A stretch of DNA of 63,981 nucleotides, the filler included, from Trypethelium eluteriae (lineage: Eukaryota), in NCBI GenBank assembly GCA_051942245.1. It is 3 parts of 3 records of this genome, joined end to end, with 100 filler letters (N's around TTAATTAATTAA, not from the genome) between each part and the next. Parts side by side here need not be neighbours in the genome. Positions count along the whole stretch, not along the records: positions 43,201 to 63,981 come from JAVECL010000487.1; 2 more parts are not named here. The stretch is one strand, 5' to 3'. Shown one piece after another: positions 48,212-61,978 of this stretch. The notes under the pieces are model-generated. The model ran no database searches. It saw nothing but the letters and a program-made list of their open reading frames with translations, and was not told where the DNA came from. Made by a program: the position numbers and the translations under genes. Each line of letters starts with the position of its first letter. Position 1 is the stretch's first letter.

Positions 48212-50067
48212 AGGACCTCGTGGATGCCATCGAAAAGACAATGCAGAATATTTCTTCCACCTACAGAATATTCAAGTTCAGTGGCGAGAAGTGATACTCG
48301 ATACCTTGGCCGACCTGGAAGAGGTTTCACGAAATGTGGGTCTCTGCGGCCTGATTGGAAAGTCGTACCGACGACACTTTGAGGAACCATTCAAGGGGAG
48401 CAAGTAATGCATGCATGCATAAGACGGTGAGGTAGTTCGGGTGCTGCTGCGGGACGACTCCTCGTTCACGAACTTAGGTGGAACTGGAGGTAACAGAACC
48501 GGATCTTGTATCACTAGTGATAGGGATTAGCAGTTTCAAGATTTGCGCATAACAATGACGCAATCTAGATATCAACTCGAACGCTCAGATCCCTGCTCCT
48601 TTCTTCTAGAACATTAGCACGGGCTCGGATGCATCAAGATATATTGCGAATCGATGCATTGAGCTGCAAGTACTCTTGATCCATCAATGTGTGAAATTTG
48701 GTCTTGAAGTTCGCACACTGCCCGAGCCTCAATGCGGTGGCGGAACAATGGACCGTAGACAGATCGATATAACTTGGTTTTATGCTGTATGCTGCAGATA
48801 CGCCTCTTTACACAAGGTTTGTTTCATTGGCCTCATGATATATCAGTCCACTCATTCTCACCTGCAAAACTCTATGCCTCTGCAACTCGTAAATGTCCAT
48901 CAGGATTGGTTCGTCCAGATTTCGTGCTTGTTCTCCCGGAATGATAATGCCAGTGAGCGATAAGCAGATAGGCCTGGTACGTGGGACGAGAATTGCGAGA
49001 CAACGAAGAAAATTGCGTGTGCTCTTGGATCGAAAGCTCTCTGAATCCACGTTGAGAGCTATCGCAAGAATTGCTTCTTAAGACCTTGATGCTTATACTG
49101 TATCTTTGCCTTCGAGGTATTGATTGAGTTGCGTTGTGTTAAGGTCATATTATTATCGACATGATATCGACAATAATCATTTCCTACAATAGCACTTGAT
49201 CCTCATCTTGCGCTTCCTTAGAGCTAAGAGGGGCTATCCAGGCTAGTGTGCGTCTTGCGGCTGGCTCGCTAGAGCACGGCATCGATCAGACAGTAAAGCT
49301 GCAAAACAGAAAGCTCGGATTCTGTTGTGGAAAAAGACTCCAAGGCCTGCAGATAGTTCTTGCTCAATACATGATAGTCGCGGTTGAACATTCGTTGCAA
49401 AATGGTGATTACGAATTGAAATCTAGCTTGAATGTGTACCATGCATAAGAGATAGACGGTAGAGAAAAGCTCAAAGTGTAATAATATCCAACTTACTATC
49501 GCCCCGTGCGATCGGAGATGATCTATTTCGACAGCTGACATATTTTCCATCCTGAAGTGAAACCTTTTGAGAAGAACATATTTATTATTCTTGTGGCTCC
49601 AGGCCATGGAACGCAGTCTCTTCAACTCATGTATTTCAGACAGGCGACAAGCAAAGCGGCGTATTTGAGGATGTCAGACGATCTTCTTGGTCAATCGCAA
49701 TGTACTTTTAATCTCTATCACGCAAGGGGGGTAAGGTACGGAATGTATGCCTGAGTCATTGCGGCAAGGGCACCCGAGCGGACCCGCTTCCGCCAAGCCT
49801 TTGTCGCCTCGAAGCTTTGCTTTACCTCCGCGACATCATACTTCTACGGTTCACACCCATCACAAATTCAGGCACAACCCACACACTTCCCGTCGATGCG
49901 GTAATGCTACCAAACAGACCGACGCAGGCGCCCTCAAGAACCTGACGTCGGTCTACCTTCCTCCCCTTCCTACGATCACTATCCACCCAGAACTTGTCTT
50001 GCCCTCGCACCACAGACTTTCGAATTATTTCTCGAGTACCAAGACATCGTCCACCTTGCTTGTCAGA

Positions 50068-53000
50068 ATGCCACACGCGCTCAGTCCTGAGCAGGTTGCG
50101 GCTGACGAACACACTATCGATCACCTTGTTGGGGAAGGAGAGTTGAGCCTGAACCAACTTGAGGACTTGGAGAGCAGACCGCTCGACCCTGGGGAAAAGG
50201 CCGATGATGCCATCGACTTCGAAGATATTGATGACGATGATCTTGCAGATGATGATGACCTTGCAGATGATGAAGAGCGCGTAGCGGAAAGACTGGATGA
50301 AGCTGGCGACGAGTTAGCGAACGGTGTCAGTCAAAGCTCCTTCACCGAGGCTGGAAAATGGAATGGTTTAATCGCAGGTGCACATGACGCCGGAAACTTG
50401 GGCGAAAACACCATCAGCCAGGACCAATACGACTTTGACCTCGATGATGATTTGTTTGGAGAAAAAGATGAACCTGAGCTCCCAGAGACCAATCTTGACG
50501 ATCTTTTCGGTGAGGACACTGCAGAGGTTCCTGAGGATACCGTCCAGAAAAGTCGATCGCCCACAATTCTCGCACAATCTGCTCCTGAGCCTGCAGCATC
50601 TGTCAGCGATCGACCGTCAACGGCAGATTCTTCGAGAAATATCGAGTCTGGTCATGACAAGCAACTCACAACGCCCAAACCGAGAGAGGGGAAACAGCAC
50701 ACTCCATCGACTGAACCTTACAAGAGCGCGCAAGAATTGAAGCTAGAGCAAGAGCAGCAGGCTCTATTTGAAGCATCCACCCGTAAATACGACAATCCTG
50801 CGTTGGACCTGCCACCGGCGCCAACGACTAATGCTGAACTATTTGAGGTTCTTTGGCCGCGTTTTGAGAAGCATAAACCTCCAAGATTCGGAGAACTTCT
50901 GGAAACTAGGCGCGCTGTGTACGTTGGAAAGGTCCCCGCCAAGCCACCGAAGCCCCTCAATCCGACCAAGGTCTCTTTGGAGATCGAGCAGGATCAAGAG
51001 AAGATGTTCAGAGTTCCCCAGCCATCAGTCTCAGACCTTGCTACCCTGCGACTTGAGGCTGAACAAAAAGGCATCATCCTTACAGCGACTGATGAGAGCA
51101 ACGCATCTGAGGATGATGCCTTACTCGAGCCTGAGGTCATACCTGAAGACGAAATGATCGGAGGAACGAGTTGGGCAGATCTCAAGATGTTGTGCGAGTC
51201 TTGGGATGATGACACTCCAAGTCTTACAGAAGATGATTCCGATGATTCCCTCGTTAGAGCAAGGCGTCGTTTAGATGAAGATAACGAAGATAACAATGCT
51301 ACGACTAGTAAACGACCAAAAGTCTATGATTCTTTCGGAGGCGATCCAGAAGGTCAAGCTGCCGGGAAAAAGCGCCGGTTCGACGGATACGTGGATAGCT
51401 CTGCCGTTGCTCCTAATAAGAGACAGAAAGACGATTCTTTTGACCTCAAATCAAGGATTCTGCTCGAAAACAGCCTGACATCTTTTGACGACCCTGAAGA
51501 AGCCACTAGGAGGATTGCTCAGAGGGTCATCCTCAACCTGAACGATCCACATCTGCTGCTTGACTTCCAAGAACCAGCCGTTCCGAAACCGAAGAGTACA
51601 CGCAAGGTTGGCGATCTTAGGCGCGTTTCAAACGGCCGCGTTACCAAAGACCTCAGTCGGCGATACAACATTTCTAACGACGAAGCTTACAATCTGCTCA
51701 AAGAGAACCACTCCAATAAGGTCCGTAGCATGCTCGGCAACATGCCCGTTGAGCATAGTCTGCCCGCCATTAAGCTTCAGTATCCCTTCTACAAAGCCAA
51801 CCTTAGCGCAAGGGAGGCACGATCGTTCCATCGACCGACGATAAATTTCAGGCCTGGTGAAGCGGCAAGATTTAGCAAGCTAAGAAGTTTGAAGAGGAAG
51901 CACATGAAAGGCAAAGATGCAGAAACACTCTTTCAAACATCGGGAGATCTTTCTACAGCAGACAACTCGCACTCACTGCTCCTCGAGTACTCGGAAGAAA
52001 ACCCGACCATGTTGTCAAACTTTGGTATGGGTAATCGACTGATCAACTATTACCGTCGCAAAGATATGGAAGACAATGCTCGACCGAAGACCGATATTGG
52101 AGAGACTCAAGTTCTTCTCCCTCAGGATAAGAGCCCATTCTCAATTTTTGGAGAGATCGAAAAGGGTGAAAGCACGCTTACTCTACACAATGCCATGTAT
52201 AGAGCACCTGTATTCGGACATAACCTGCGACCAACGGATTTTGTCGTCATGCGTAGCTCGACAGGCATTGGAGGGTCTGAATGGTACATGAAGAATCTTG
52301 AGAACCTCTATGTGGTGGGACAGGAGTTTCCATCGGTCGAAGTTCCAGGTATCCACTCACGAAAGATTACGGATACAGGAAAGAAACGCTTGAGGGCGAC
52401 CGCCTACCGCATCTATATGCACAATGAGCAAAGCGGCAGGTTTGGCAAAAATTTGCTAACTAATGAAATGATTCGTCCACATCAGCCTGATCTTGACGTT
52501 ACCTCACTGCGCAGCAAGATGCGTGAGTTCATGCGGTACGAAAGGACCAAAGACTCGGCGACCTGGTATCCAGTCCCTGGGGAAGCCATGCCTGACAAGG
52601 ACACCATACGAACTTGGATCAAGCCTGAAGAGATTTGTTTGAAAGATTCCATGCAGGTCGGCCAGCGCAATCTTCTGGACGCTGGTTACAACAAGAACTT
52701 GAGTGTCGGTGACGATGATGAAGAAGAGGAGGCCGACGCTAACAGTATGGAAGAGCAATTAGCTCCATGGCAAACGTCCAAGAATTTCATCAATGCCTGT
52801 CAGGGGAAAGCCATGCTAGAGCTATACGGCCAAGGTGATCCGTCTGGACGCGGCGAAGCTTTCAGTTTCATCAAGACGTCCATGAAGGGTGGATTCAAGG
52901 CCATGGGAGAGAGCGTTGCAGACAAAATCAAGGCCAAGAACCAAAAGGAGCACGGCGGTCACGCTTACAATGTCGCAGCCCAGCAGAGACAGTATGAGAG

Positions 53001-54348
53001 TGCGATCCGTCAGATTTGGGCAGCCCAGCAAAACAGCCTCTCCAACGAGGCGGATATCTCTGACGTTGACGTGGATGCCGATGGGGATGAAGAATTGGAG
53101 TCTAGCTTCAATCAGGGTCGCACGCCTCGCTCTGAAGCTGGAACTCCGGCTGCCTCTGCTAGGCGCGATGATGAGACGATGAGTCAATACAGTCGGACCA
53201 GTGGTGCGGATAGGCAGGGCAAAGTCCTCAGGATCTTGCGTACTGAATTGGACAAATACGGCAATGAACAACAGCACGAAGATATCGTTCGTGACCCAAG
53301 GGTCATTCGTGAATATTTGAGGCGGAGAAAGACGCTCGAGGTTGCTGAATTGAAGTACATTTCCCAAACACGCAACCCAGCGAATATTGCTGACGTTTAC
53401 CTTCCCAGGGTCACCGATATCAACTTCACCGGCGATCCCGTCCTCGACGCCGAAAAGAAAAAGAGGTATCGTCTTCACCATACCATCTCCAGCCTCTTAC
53501 ACCTCACCCTTTCCGTTTTCCCTCCTATCTATACCCTTTCCCCCCTAACCCCTATACGCAGCGCACCCACTAACTCTACCCTCTTCTAGACTCGAAGCCG
53601 AACTCGCCCGTCTCGAACGCAACGTCGAACGTCGCAAAGCCCGCGAACAACAAAAGGGCATACGCACCACCGGCGGCAGCTTCGGCGGCAGTGGCGACGC
53701 CGGCTCTCCCGGCGGACCAGGCTCTCCCGCTGCCAGCGGAGCCAGTGCAGCAGCTGGCGGCGCAGCAGCAGGCGGTAGTGGCAGTGGCAGTGGTGGCGGC
53801 AAGCCGGCGGGGACGCAGCGGAAGTGTGCGAATTGTGGGCAGGTGGGCCATATCAAGACGAACAAAAAGTGCGAGAATTGCCTTTTCTTTGATCAGCAGT
53901 TGCGCTCTTCTCCTTCTTTTCTCTTTTCTGCTGCGCGGACTCCTTCGAGGGTGCGGTTCGCCTATTAGGGGTGTTTTTTCTTTTGTGGGGGCTCGTTCCT
54001 GCGGCGTTGCTGTGTGTTGCTGCCTGTTGCTGGCGTGGTCGTGATCGTGCTCGTGCTCGTGGTCGTTGGGTAGGGACGACGGCGGGCTGGCGAACAGGTA
54101 GGCAGGCGGGCACGGCGACAATGTGGGAATGAGAAGTTTCGTATTTCTAGGGGGCGTGCTGTCGACGTCCTGTCATTCTTTCTTCTCCCTCTTTTGGATT
54201 TTTTCTGCTATTCTCTAGCGTTTCGCTGTACTATATGCTGACCTGCCCTTGCGTGTTCTACAGACTTTGTCCCATGCTCAACGGGACCATGAAGCAGGAG
54301 GATAAGTTTGGTGGCGACTCGGCGTTTGGACCAATCAACGCTTCTTGA
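50068..54348 (+). CDS. TAF1: TFIID subunit 1
   Basis: PGEKADDAIDFEDI, YNISNDEAY.LLKENH..KVRS.LG...VEHS.PA, LEYSEE.P...SNFGM, LAPW.TSKNFI.A.QGKAML...G.GDP.GRGEAFSFIKTSMKGGF. Introns 53355-53408, 53466-53589 and 53869-54263. Zinc knuckle RKCANCGQVGHIKTNKK|LCP. Confidence 0.96.
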
Positions 54349-54927
54349 GACGTACTTTCCGTCCGTTGTAAGAAGTGCTTGTGTGGTAGCTTGCCCTGTG
54401 CCTGACTACTTAGCTGCAATTCCTCCTGCTTGCGATGCTCGATGTACTCGACCGATCGAATCGATCCTCTCCGCCCATTCGACCCGTCTTTGCGACGTTA
54501 GCTGAATTCGATACCTCTTCCTGGACGATAGTAGTGGATTCCTGCATTCTGCAATAAGATGTTTCTGATCTGCATTTGGGTGTGGTTGTATTAGCGTGGC
54601 GTATTTTGGCAGATTTATATTGTCGTAGATCACAGTGATGCGGGGGCAATTTGTTACACATGGTTTTTATGATCTGCAATTCAAATTGGGCTAGGCAGTA
54701 GAAGATCTGCTGTCTTTCTGTTGTGTTTTCTTCGACACGGATAATTTCAAATGAGCTTGATACCCAGTTTACAGACTTAATACATTTGTCATCGGTTTTG
54801 GTCCTTTCCTCCCACCCACATCCGGGTATTATATGGCTTCCGCCTAAACCTTGCCAGATTCCACACCACTAACGCCATTCTAAGAGGTAGTCCCATAAGA
54901 GGTAGTCCTATGCGTTCGAAGAGTCGT

Positions 54928-57734
54928 TCAGGCTGCAACCGTCACCCCTCCCCTTTGTGCACTCACTCGGCTCCCTCCATTCCGGACCGCCCCAGGTCTA
55001 GAGAGTGTGTACTTGGCAAAAGCCCGTCCCAGTGCCTTCTTACACGCCAGCTTCTGGCTTCCGACAAATGAGTCGACCGCAACGGCAATGGCACGATCAA
55101 TATCGGAGCTCGAGCAGAATTCCGAGAGGCGCATCTTAGCGAAGGCTTCTGCAATGCGGAGGATCGCTTCAAGATGGCGAACCTAAGTCAAATACCTGTC
55201 AGTACTTATCACGGGTGGAGATACGTAGAGGACGTAGAGGTGTGAGGATTATGACAAGTAGAAACTTACAGTAATAGGATAGGCACCCGTGGCGAGTGAC
55301 TCTCGCCTCATATCCGAGAAAAGCCTTGCAATTTTCTCCTGATCGATCTGGTATAGTTTCGGCCGACACCGTTCACGAGCAAAAAGGATATATTTCCTCA
55401 ACAGCTCTTGCGGGATCTCGCTCTTGGGCTCTGCCTCGTCCCCATCTTCTGCAGCACCATCATCCTTATGCATCGAATCTTGCGTCTGCGTGTTTCCCGC
55501 ATTCTGAGCATCCGGGTGAGACCTGCCGTGCGAATTTACAACGAAGTTTGCCAGACGCTCGTCCTCATTCGGATCCACGGTGTCGCGGACAACGCAAAGA
55601 ATGTCGAAACGCGATAGGATGGGCTCGGTCAGTTCGACGTTCTGGGAGAAGGGTACAGTGCTGTTGTAGCGACCACCGACCGGGTTGGCCGCTGCAACAA
55701 TGGCGCATCGGGCTTGGAGAGTGGTCACGATGCCTGCTTTGCTGATGGAGATGGTCTGCTGCTCCATGGCTTCGTGGATGGACGTCCGGTCTTGATCGTT
55801 CATCTTATCGAACTCATCGATGAGGCAGGTTCCCTTGTCGGCCAGTACCAAGGCACCGCCTTCGAGTGTCCATTCCGAGGTCATTGGATCGCGACGTACG
55901 CTGGCGGTCAATCCGACGGCAGAGGCACCTTGACCGGTCGCGAAGACAGCACGGTGGGCACTCTTCTCGATATACTTGAGCACTTGAGACTTCGCGGTGC
56001 CTGGGTCACCAAGCAGGAGAATGTTGATATCGCCACGGATGGTATGTTTGCCCTCAGCTTCTTTACTTACACCTCCAAACAAGCTGAGCGCAACTGCTGT
56101 CTTGATGTCTGTATGGCCATAGATGCTGGGCGCAATGGAAGCAATGATCTTGTCCACGATCGCTGGGTCCCGGGCTAAGGCACGGATCTGGCGTTCGTCG
56201 TCTTCGGCAAGGCGGAAACCAGCGAGTTGATCATGGCTTTTAACAACATAGTTGGCCTCTAGAACGGTAGCAAAGACGGGGAACCCATTTTTATTGTTCA
56301 GCGCGGCATCGTAGTTGTTGCGATATATTCCAGTAATTTCGACCTCTTCTCCTGGTTTGGCCGAGTCAATTAGATCCCACAGAAGAATGACTTCTCTGTG
56401 ACGAGGTAGCCGACCAGGCGGAACAGTCCCAGGAGCTTCCTGGAGGGTAAGCTTTTGGTAATTGCGGTACACTGTCTTTTCCGAATTCAATGTGAACGGT
56501 CCGCGAGACTGACAGCTATGGCAAAAGGAAACTTTGACCTCGACTTGCGAGTCCTGAGGGAAGGGACCTAGAGTGATGCCGCATTTCGTGCAATCGAACT
56601 TGACATACTTCAACTGCGGGAAGACACCTGTTCGTCGCGTTACTACACCACTGACTCGTACAAGGCAGTTAAGATGGGTTTGGCGTAGTTGGCGAAGCGT
56701 GTATTGAACAGGAAGATCTGTGATCCGAACGTGAATTTCTGAGTGTATCCGCTCATAATCAGGATAGTGAAGCAGAGTGACTTCCATCGCTACGGAATCA
56801 AAAATCTTGAGCATCTCAGTCGGCGTGTTCGCCAAGAAATAGGCTAGAGTGGCTTTTGACTCCGCCAGATGGTCGAATGAGACTTCCAGAGATTCTGCAT
56901 TGACTTCACCAAGTGTTCGGATGCGCATGCCGTAGACCGAATGGCCATGTTCGTCAGTATATTCTGTGAGGAAGGACTTGAATTCTCGCGCAATCGCCTT
57001 GTATGCGGCCGGTTGAGCAACCCAGTCTGTTAGACTCGCAGCTTTAACATCTTGGAGTGCTTCTAGAGAAAGCTCCTCAGCCATGATGTCTTCAGCCATG
57101 TCCATATCGTCTTGATCTTCGTCATAGCGGTGCCTTCGGCGCCTGGGCTGTCTTGCGAGGTCCATGACGCCGTCTGCATCCTCGTCCTGAAGGAAGGCCG
57201 CCGGCATTCGGCGGGCTCTAGCAAGTTCTCGATCTCGACGGTTGAGGCGGGCCTCAAGCTGACGACGCGCTGCAGGGTCAAGCTCGTCATAATCCCCTTC
57301 GTCATCAATTCCAATTCCTTCGTAAGCGTCGTCTTCTTTGCGGTTGTAGTCTTGCTCAAAATTGTCGGCAAACAGGTCAATGCCTGCTTCATCTTCCGCC
57401 ATTTCATCAGCATCATCAATGTCGCCAATCAAGTCGGCGTCCGGATCAGCATCATCATCCTCATCTAAATCGCGTGGGAAGACAGGTGGTGATGAAGCGG
57501 GGGCTGACGTTTTGTTATTCCAAATGCTATTCACGATGGTTCTGGCTACTCACGACTCGATGGAGGCGCAGCGGAGGCAGATGACATAGGAACATCGTCG
57601 TCTTCTCGCGTTCGCTTCCGGCCAGGATTAGTCGGCAGGCCGCGGTTCGCGGAAGACATGTTGGGCCGTAATGGAGAACTAGCAAGTTATCAGCATGGAA
57701 CAAAGATTGAATTGAAGCTCGTGAAGTACCTCAT
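54928..57734 (-). CDS. MCM2: DNA replication licensing factor Mcm2
   Basis: Acidic N-terminus, Zn finger C..CG...C..CQS.GPF, Walker A GDPGTAKSQ, CLIDEFDKM.DQDRTSIHEAMEQQ and ILSRFD. Short 5' exons (MSSPLR) and a final exon after PITV. Confidence 0.97.
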
Positions 57735-57824
57735 TGGGATCTATGTCTTGCTTGGCATGCAATAGGGGATGATGAAGAACGGTGAAAGGATGAAGAGGCG
57801 GGGAAGGCGGAAGTGGTTCGGAAG

Positions 57825-57859
57825 ACGCGTTTCGCGTTCCACTTAACGCGTGTCGCGTC
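57825..57859. promoter_or_regulatory. Cluster of MCB-like (ACGCGT/TCGCGT) G1/S elements upstream of MCM2
   Basis: ACGCGT 57825, TCGCGT 57832 and AACGCGTGTCGCGTC 57845-57859, about 90-125 bp upstream of the ATG. Confidence 0.75.
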
Positions 57860-58809
57860 TTGCCAACTATCTGTCCCGTGATCTCTCTGGCAGAGGTCGA
57901 GCCCTTGATATCATTGGTCTGACAAGCGTCAACTTTGGCGTCCCCACTTCAGCCACACTCTGTGATTTCTCCAAGAGCAAAATTCCCAACCGTCGTTACT
58001 TTAGATGGGTCGTGATTCACACTGCCGGATCTCTAAGACATAGGGCAAGAATATTAGAGCAATTAACAAAGATTGATGGCTGATGTAGACACTTCAATGG
58101 CCAGTCTGCTGGCGTACCGCATCTAATGACTACAACTCCCGAACTCACAGTGTTCACACCCTCAGTGCCAGATTATTATCCGAGCCATTGTACAGCTCAG
58201 CTATCGTCAGTTGCAATCTGAGTTTGTGAGTTTCAATGGAGTTCTTCAGGCTCTATCAACGAGTAGCGCTGTCCGTTTTCGGCTCAGCCTTTGTCTTTTG
58301 GAGTGGTCATCGGCGAGAAAGTGGGAGAGCTGCTGTCCCCAAGCAGACTTCGTATCAGGGTTACATTTGTGATTAGAAAGAGAGTTGCAATAAATGCTAA
58401 TCCCCGCGGAATCCTTATCTATGGCATACGCCGTACCCCCTGGGACTGGTAGGCTGAAACGAAGATGTGCGCTTGGCGATCTACGCAAACGTCCTGCACC
58501 CTTTGCCTCCAACAGTCCTTTATAGCGAGGCACGTGTGCCGGATTTGCTCGGCTCCACTATAATCACCTCAGAGTCTAGATTCATAGGCTCCACAATGAG
58601 AAGGTGGCTCACTTACATGCGCCTAGACATGCCTAGTGTGCGCCATCCTACTTATCTACCCGTGCTACCCCTCCACCTTTATTATTTTTTTTACGAGCTT
58701 CCAACGGCGGTCTGAACGATGAAGTTACTTAGCTGACACTCCCCTTCAACGATTCTGGTATTCGGTTGATCGATCTTTGTCCTCTGAAACTACAACGTCA
58801 GCTCTCGGC

Positions 58810-61432
58810 ATGACCACGATTCAGTTCGAGGAACCCATAAGGGTAACTAGGAATCGTCCAATAACTTCTGGCCTTGACGATGGCATTCACAATATCCGTT
58901 CGCGATCGAGGGGCTCATCCGCAGAACGGCGGAGCTTCAGAAGGACAAAGACGCCCGATGTAGAAGATGAAGATCCTGGCCTCAGGCAGAAAGGAGACTA
59001 CAAGCAAAAACAGGTCTACAATGTCCTACCGCCTTTTGAAAGGCCTTGCTCATTCCAAGCAGATCTTTCATGGTAAACATCTGCTTTGGTTAAGCTACCA
59101 ATCAATCGGTGTAATTTACGGCGACATCGGGACAAGCCCGTTATACGTCTATTCCTCAACTTTCTCCGCTCCACCTGACAAGAAAGATCTGGTGGGAGTA
59201 CTATCCATCATTATTTGGACAATTACTATGATGGTCACGGTGAAGTACATACTGGTCATACTTCGGGCGGACAATGATGGTGAAGGCGGAACTTTCAGCA
59301 CTTATTCCCTGTTAAGTCGCTACGTAAAGTCAACCTTTCCCCTTCCCCTTTCGCATGCTAACCTGGCCGTCCATATCCAGTTGAACATTACCAATCGTGA
59401 CCCGAGAGAAGCCTCGCTGATTGAAATGAAACGATACTTATCTGGCGATCTTGAGACTGCTGGCCGATACATGCGGTATGGTATTGAGAAAAGCACATTC
59501 ATCAAAGCACTCTTGAAAGTGATCGGGGTTCTTGCTGTCACAATGGTTATGTCAGATGGTGTTCTAACTCCAGCTCAGTCGGTCCTTGGCGCGGTGCAGG
59601 GTATAGAGGTAGTAGATCCGTCCATTTCGAAAGGGACTGTAATCGGTGTAACCGCTGCAATCCTGATTCTTCTATTCGTGATCCAACCTTTTGGCACTAC
59701 CAAACTTGCTACCACATTTGCACCCATTATCATCATCTGGCTCGCTTTCAATGCTGTCTTTGGAATCTACAATCTCGCCAAGTACGATTGGACGGTCCTC
59801 GAAGCCTTCAATCCCGGATATGCTTTCGAATACCTGATTCGACACAAGGAAGCAGGCTGGAGATCTCTTGGGGGAGTCCTCCTGTCCTTCACAGGAGTCG
59901 AGGCGCTCTTTGCAGACCTGGGTGCGTTCAGCATGAGAGCCATTCAGCTTAGCTGGCTGTGCTATACTTTTCCCTGTCTCCTATTGGCCTACACTGGACA
60001 AGCTGCTTACATCAGTACTCATCCTGAGGGATATTCTAATCCATTCTTTAACGCCGCGCCTCATGGCACTATCTATCCGGCGTTGATCATTGCTATACTT
60101 GCAGCAATTGTAGCCTCGCAAGCCATCATCACAGCAACATTTCAGGTATGCACACCCGGTTTCATGTGAATGAGAAAGCCTTTTTCAACTAACGCATCAT
60201 AAGCTTGTAGCGCAGGTTATGAAGCTCTCGTATTTCCCTCAAATCAAAGTCGTGCATACCTCAAAAACATTTCACGGGCAGCTGTATGTACCTGTCGTCA
60301 ATTGGCTTCTGATGGTCGGAACGGTGCTTGTTGCGAGCATCTACAACAACGTAAGACTACTACCTCGAGAAAGAACGCGCCTGCTAATCAATCGGTATAG
60401 ACGACTTCTCTCGGGAATGCTTATGGCTGCTGTGTCATGTTTGTCACATTTTTCGATACCTGCATGGTCTCACTGACCGCTATCTTCGTGTGGCGCATCA
60501 GCCCATGGATTGTCTTCTTTGTATGGTTAGTCATAGCATCGCTGGACGGTACGTATCTGTCATCGGCGTTGACCAAGGTTCCTGATGGAGCTTGGTTTAC
60601 TCTGACACTTGCTTTCATACTCGCCATGCTACTAATCTTGTGGAGGTTTGGAAAGGAGCAACAGTGGGCGGCGGAGGCAGAGGACAGGCATCCTACATCC
60701 CATTTCGTTACGCCCCGCGGTGATGGTCAGGTTCAACTAGTCCAGAAGTACGGTGGACGCGTGATGAGCCCGATTCAGGGCTTTGGCATCTTCTTCGACA
60801 AAGCTGGCGAAACTACGCCCATCGTCTTCAGCCAATTCGCTATGAAACTGGTCGCCATGCCAGAAGTCTCGGTGTTCTTCCATCTACGTCCTCTGGAAAC
60901 GCCTTCGGTCGCACCTGAAGATCGTTATACTGTCTCACGACTTTCAATTCCGAATACATATCGAGTTGTTTGTCGCCACGGCTTTAATGATGAAGTCATT
61001 ACCCCAGACCTTGCATCTGTGATCTATGAGCAAGTGCGCATCGCCATCGTAACGCGCAAGAGCAAGCGCGACCAACGCAGTCAGCATGAGTCCGGGCCAG
61101 AACCAGTCCTCCCAGGCTCCCACGGTGTCGTCGTTGTGAACTCTACGGAAGAGCCGGACAGCATCAACCTCACAAAGAAGGAAGTCTCAAGTAGCACAGA
61201 AGAGAAGACAGCCAGAGATCTCGAGCTGAACATGGTCGAGCAGGCCTATGAGCACCAAGTTCTCTACATCATCGGCAAAGAGCAGATGAAAGTCAAGCCT
61301 AAGACTGGCTTGTTCCGTGCGCTGCTGCTGCATCTGTTCCTATGGCTCAGGGAGAACACAAGAACCAAGATCGCAAACCTAAGGGTGCCGATGGACCGGG
61401 TCATTGAGGTCGGTTTCGTGAAGGAGGTCTAG
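58810..61432 (+). CDS. HAK1: High-affinity K+ transporter, KUP/HAK/KT family
   Basis: SIGVIYGDIGTSPLYVY, ADNDGEGGTF, DGVLTPAQSVLGA, LSFTGVEALFADLG, AIVASQAIIT and YFPQIKVVHTS. Four introns. Confidence 0.94.
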
Positions 61433-61870
61433 CGTTTGCTCTTCTTCCATTCACAAATAAATTCAGCGCAATGAAGGTATTCAGAATCTACAAATTTTAG
61501 ACGAGGGAAATACCAGGTACGGAATGTGATTTCCGGGTTATCCTTGCAGCGGCCATCCAGATATAGATTACATTTTCTTTTTGATAGACGAATCAATGTT
61601 CCGGATATATCATGCTCGTGGTAATAAAATAGCGATCGCTTCCATTGATTGGCTTTCATTTAGGAAATTTATTGCGAAATGGCCAGTCACTATGATATAT
61701 CGTATATAGAACATCAGGATAGGATCTTCTCGTACCTTGATTTTTCTGATCACTAGAGTTTCCTGAGTAGGTTGATTGGTTTCGTTGATATCGCTCAATT
61801 TGAAAATTATCTTACGAAGGAACCTTCAATTGGGTGCAAGTTTGGTAACGCGGGAGGTAATTAAAGGTTC

Positions 61871-61885
61871 AACGCGTGTCGCGTC
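61871..61885. promoter_or_regulatory. MCB-like element upstream of the UBR7-like gene
   Basis: AACGCGTGTCGCGTC, identical to 57845-57859, about 95 bp upstream of ATG 61979. Confidence 0.7.
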
Positions 61886-61978
61886 GTTGCCCGCAACTTA
61901 TGCTGCGGCGGGGAGCTCACCCGGATGCTTGCTCCATCGCACCCATCCACGGCTTCCTATGCAAAGAACTTTTCGACC

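Noticed and set aside
48278..49625. Short minus-strand ORFs between TGS1 and TAF1 as a multi-exon orphan gene
   Set aside because: I could not build a consistent spliced model or recognise any motif; needs RNA-seq.
49747..50067. 107-codon in-frame N-terminal extension of TAF1
   Set aside because: TAF1-like sequence starts at MPHA (50068) and the extension looks like promoter/UTR. The same applies to the ORF-track extensions of MRPL49 and the AIF-like gene.
7770..54348. TAF6 and TAF1 in the same window as a TFIID cluster
   Set aside because: About 41 kb, many unrelated genes and two gaps separate them; no evidence of functional clustering.
54881..54910. Two-copy 15-bp tandem TAAGAGGTAGTCC(C/T)A in the MCM2 3' region
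   Set aside because: Simple local duplication with no spacers; not a CRISPR or TSD-bounded element.
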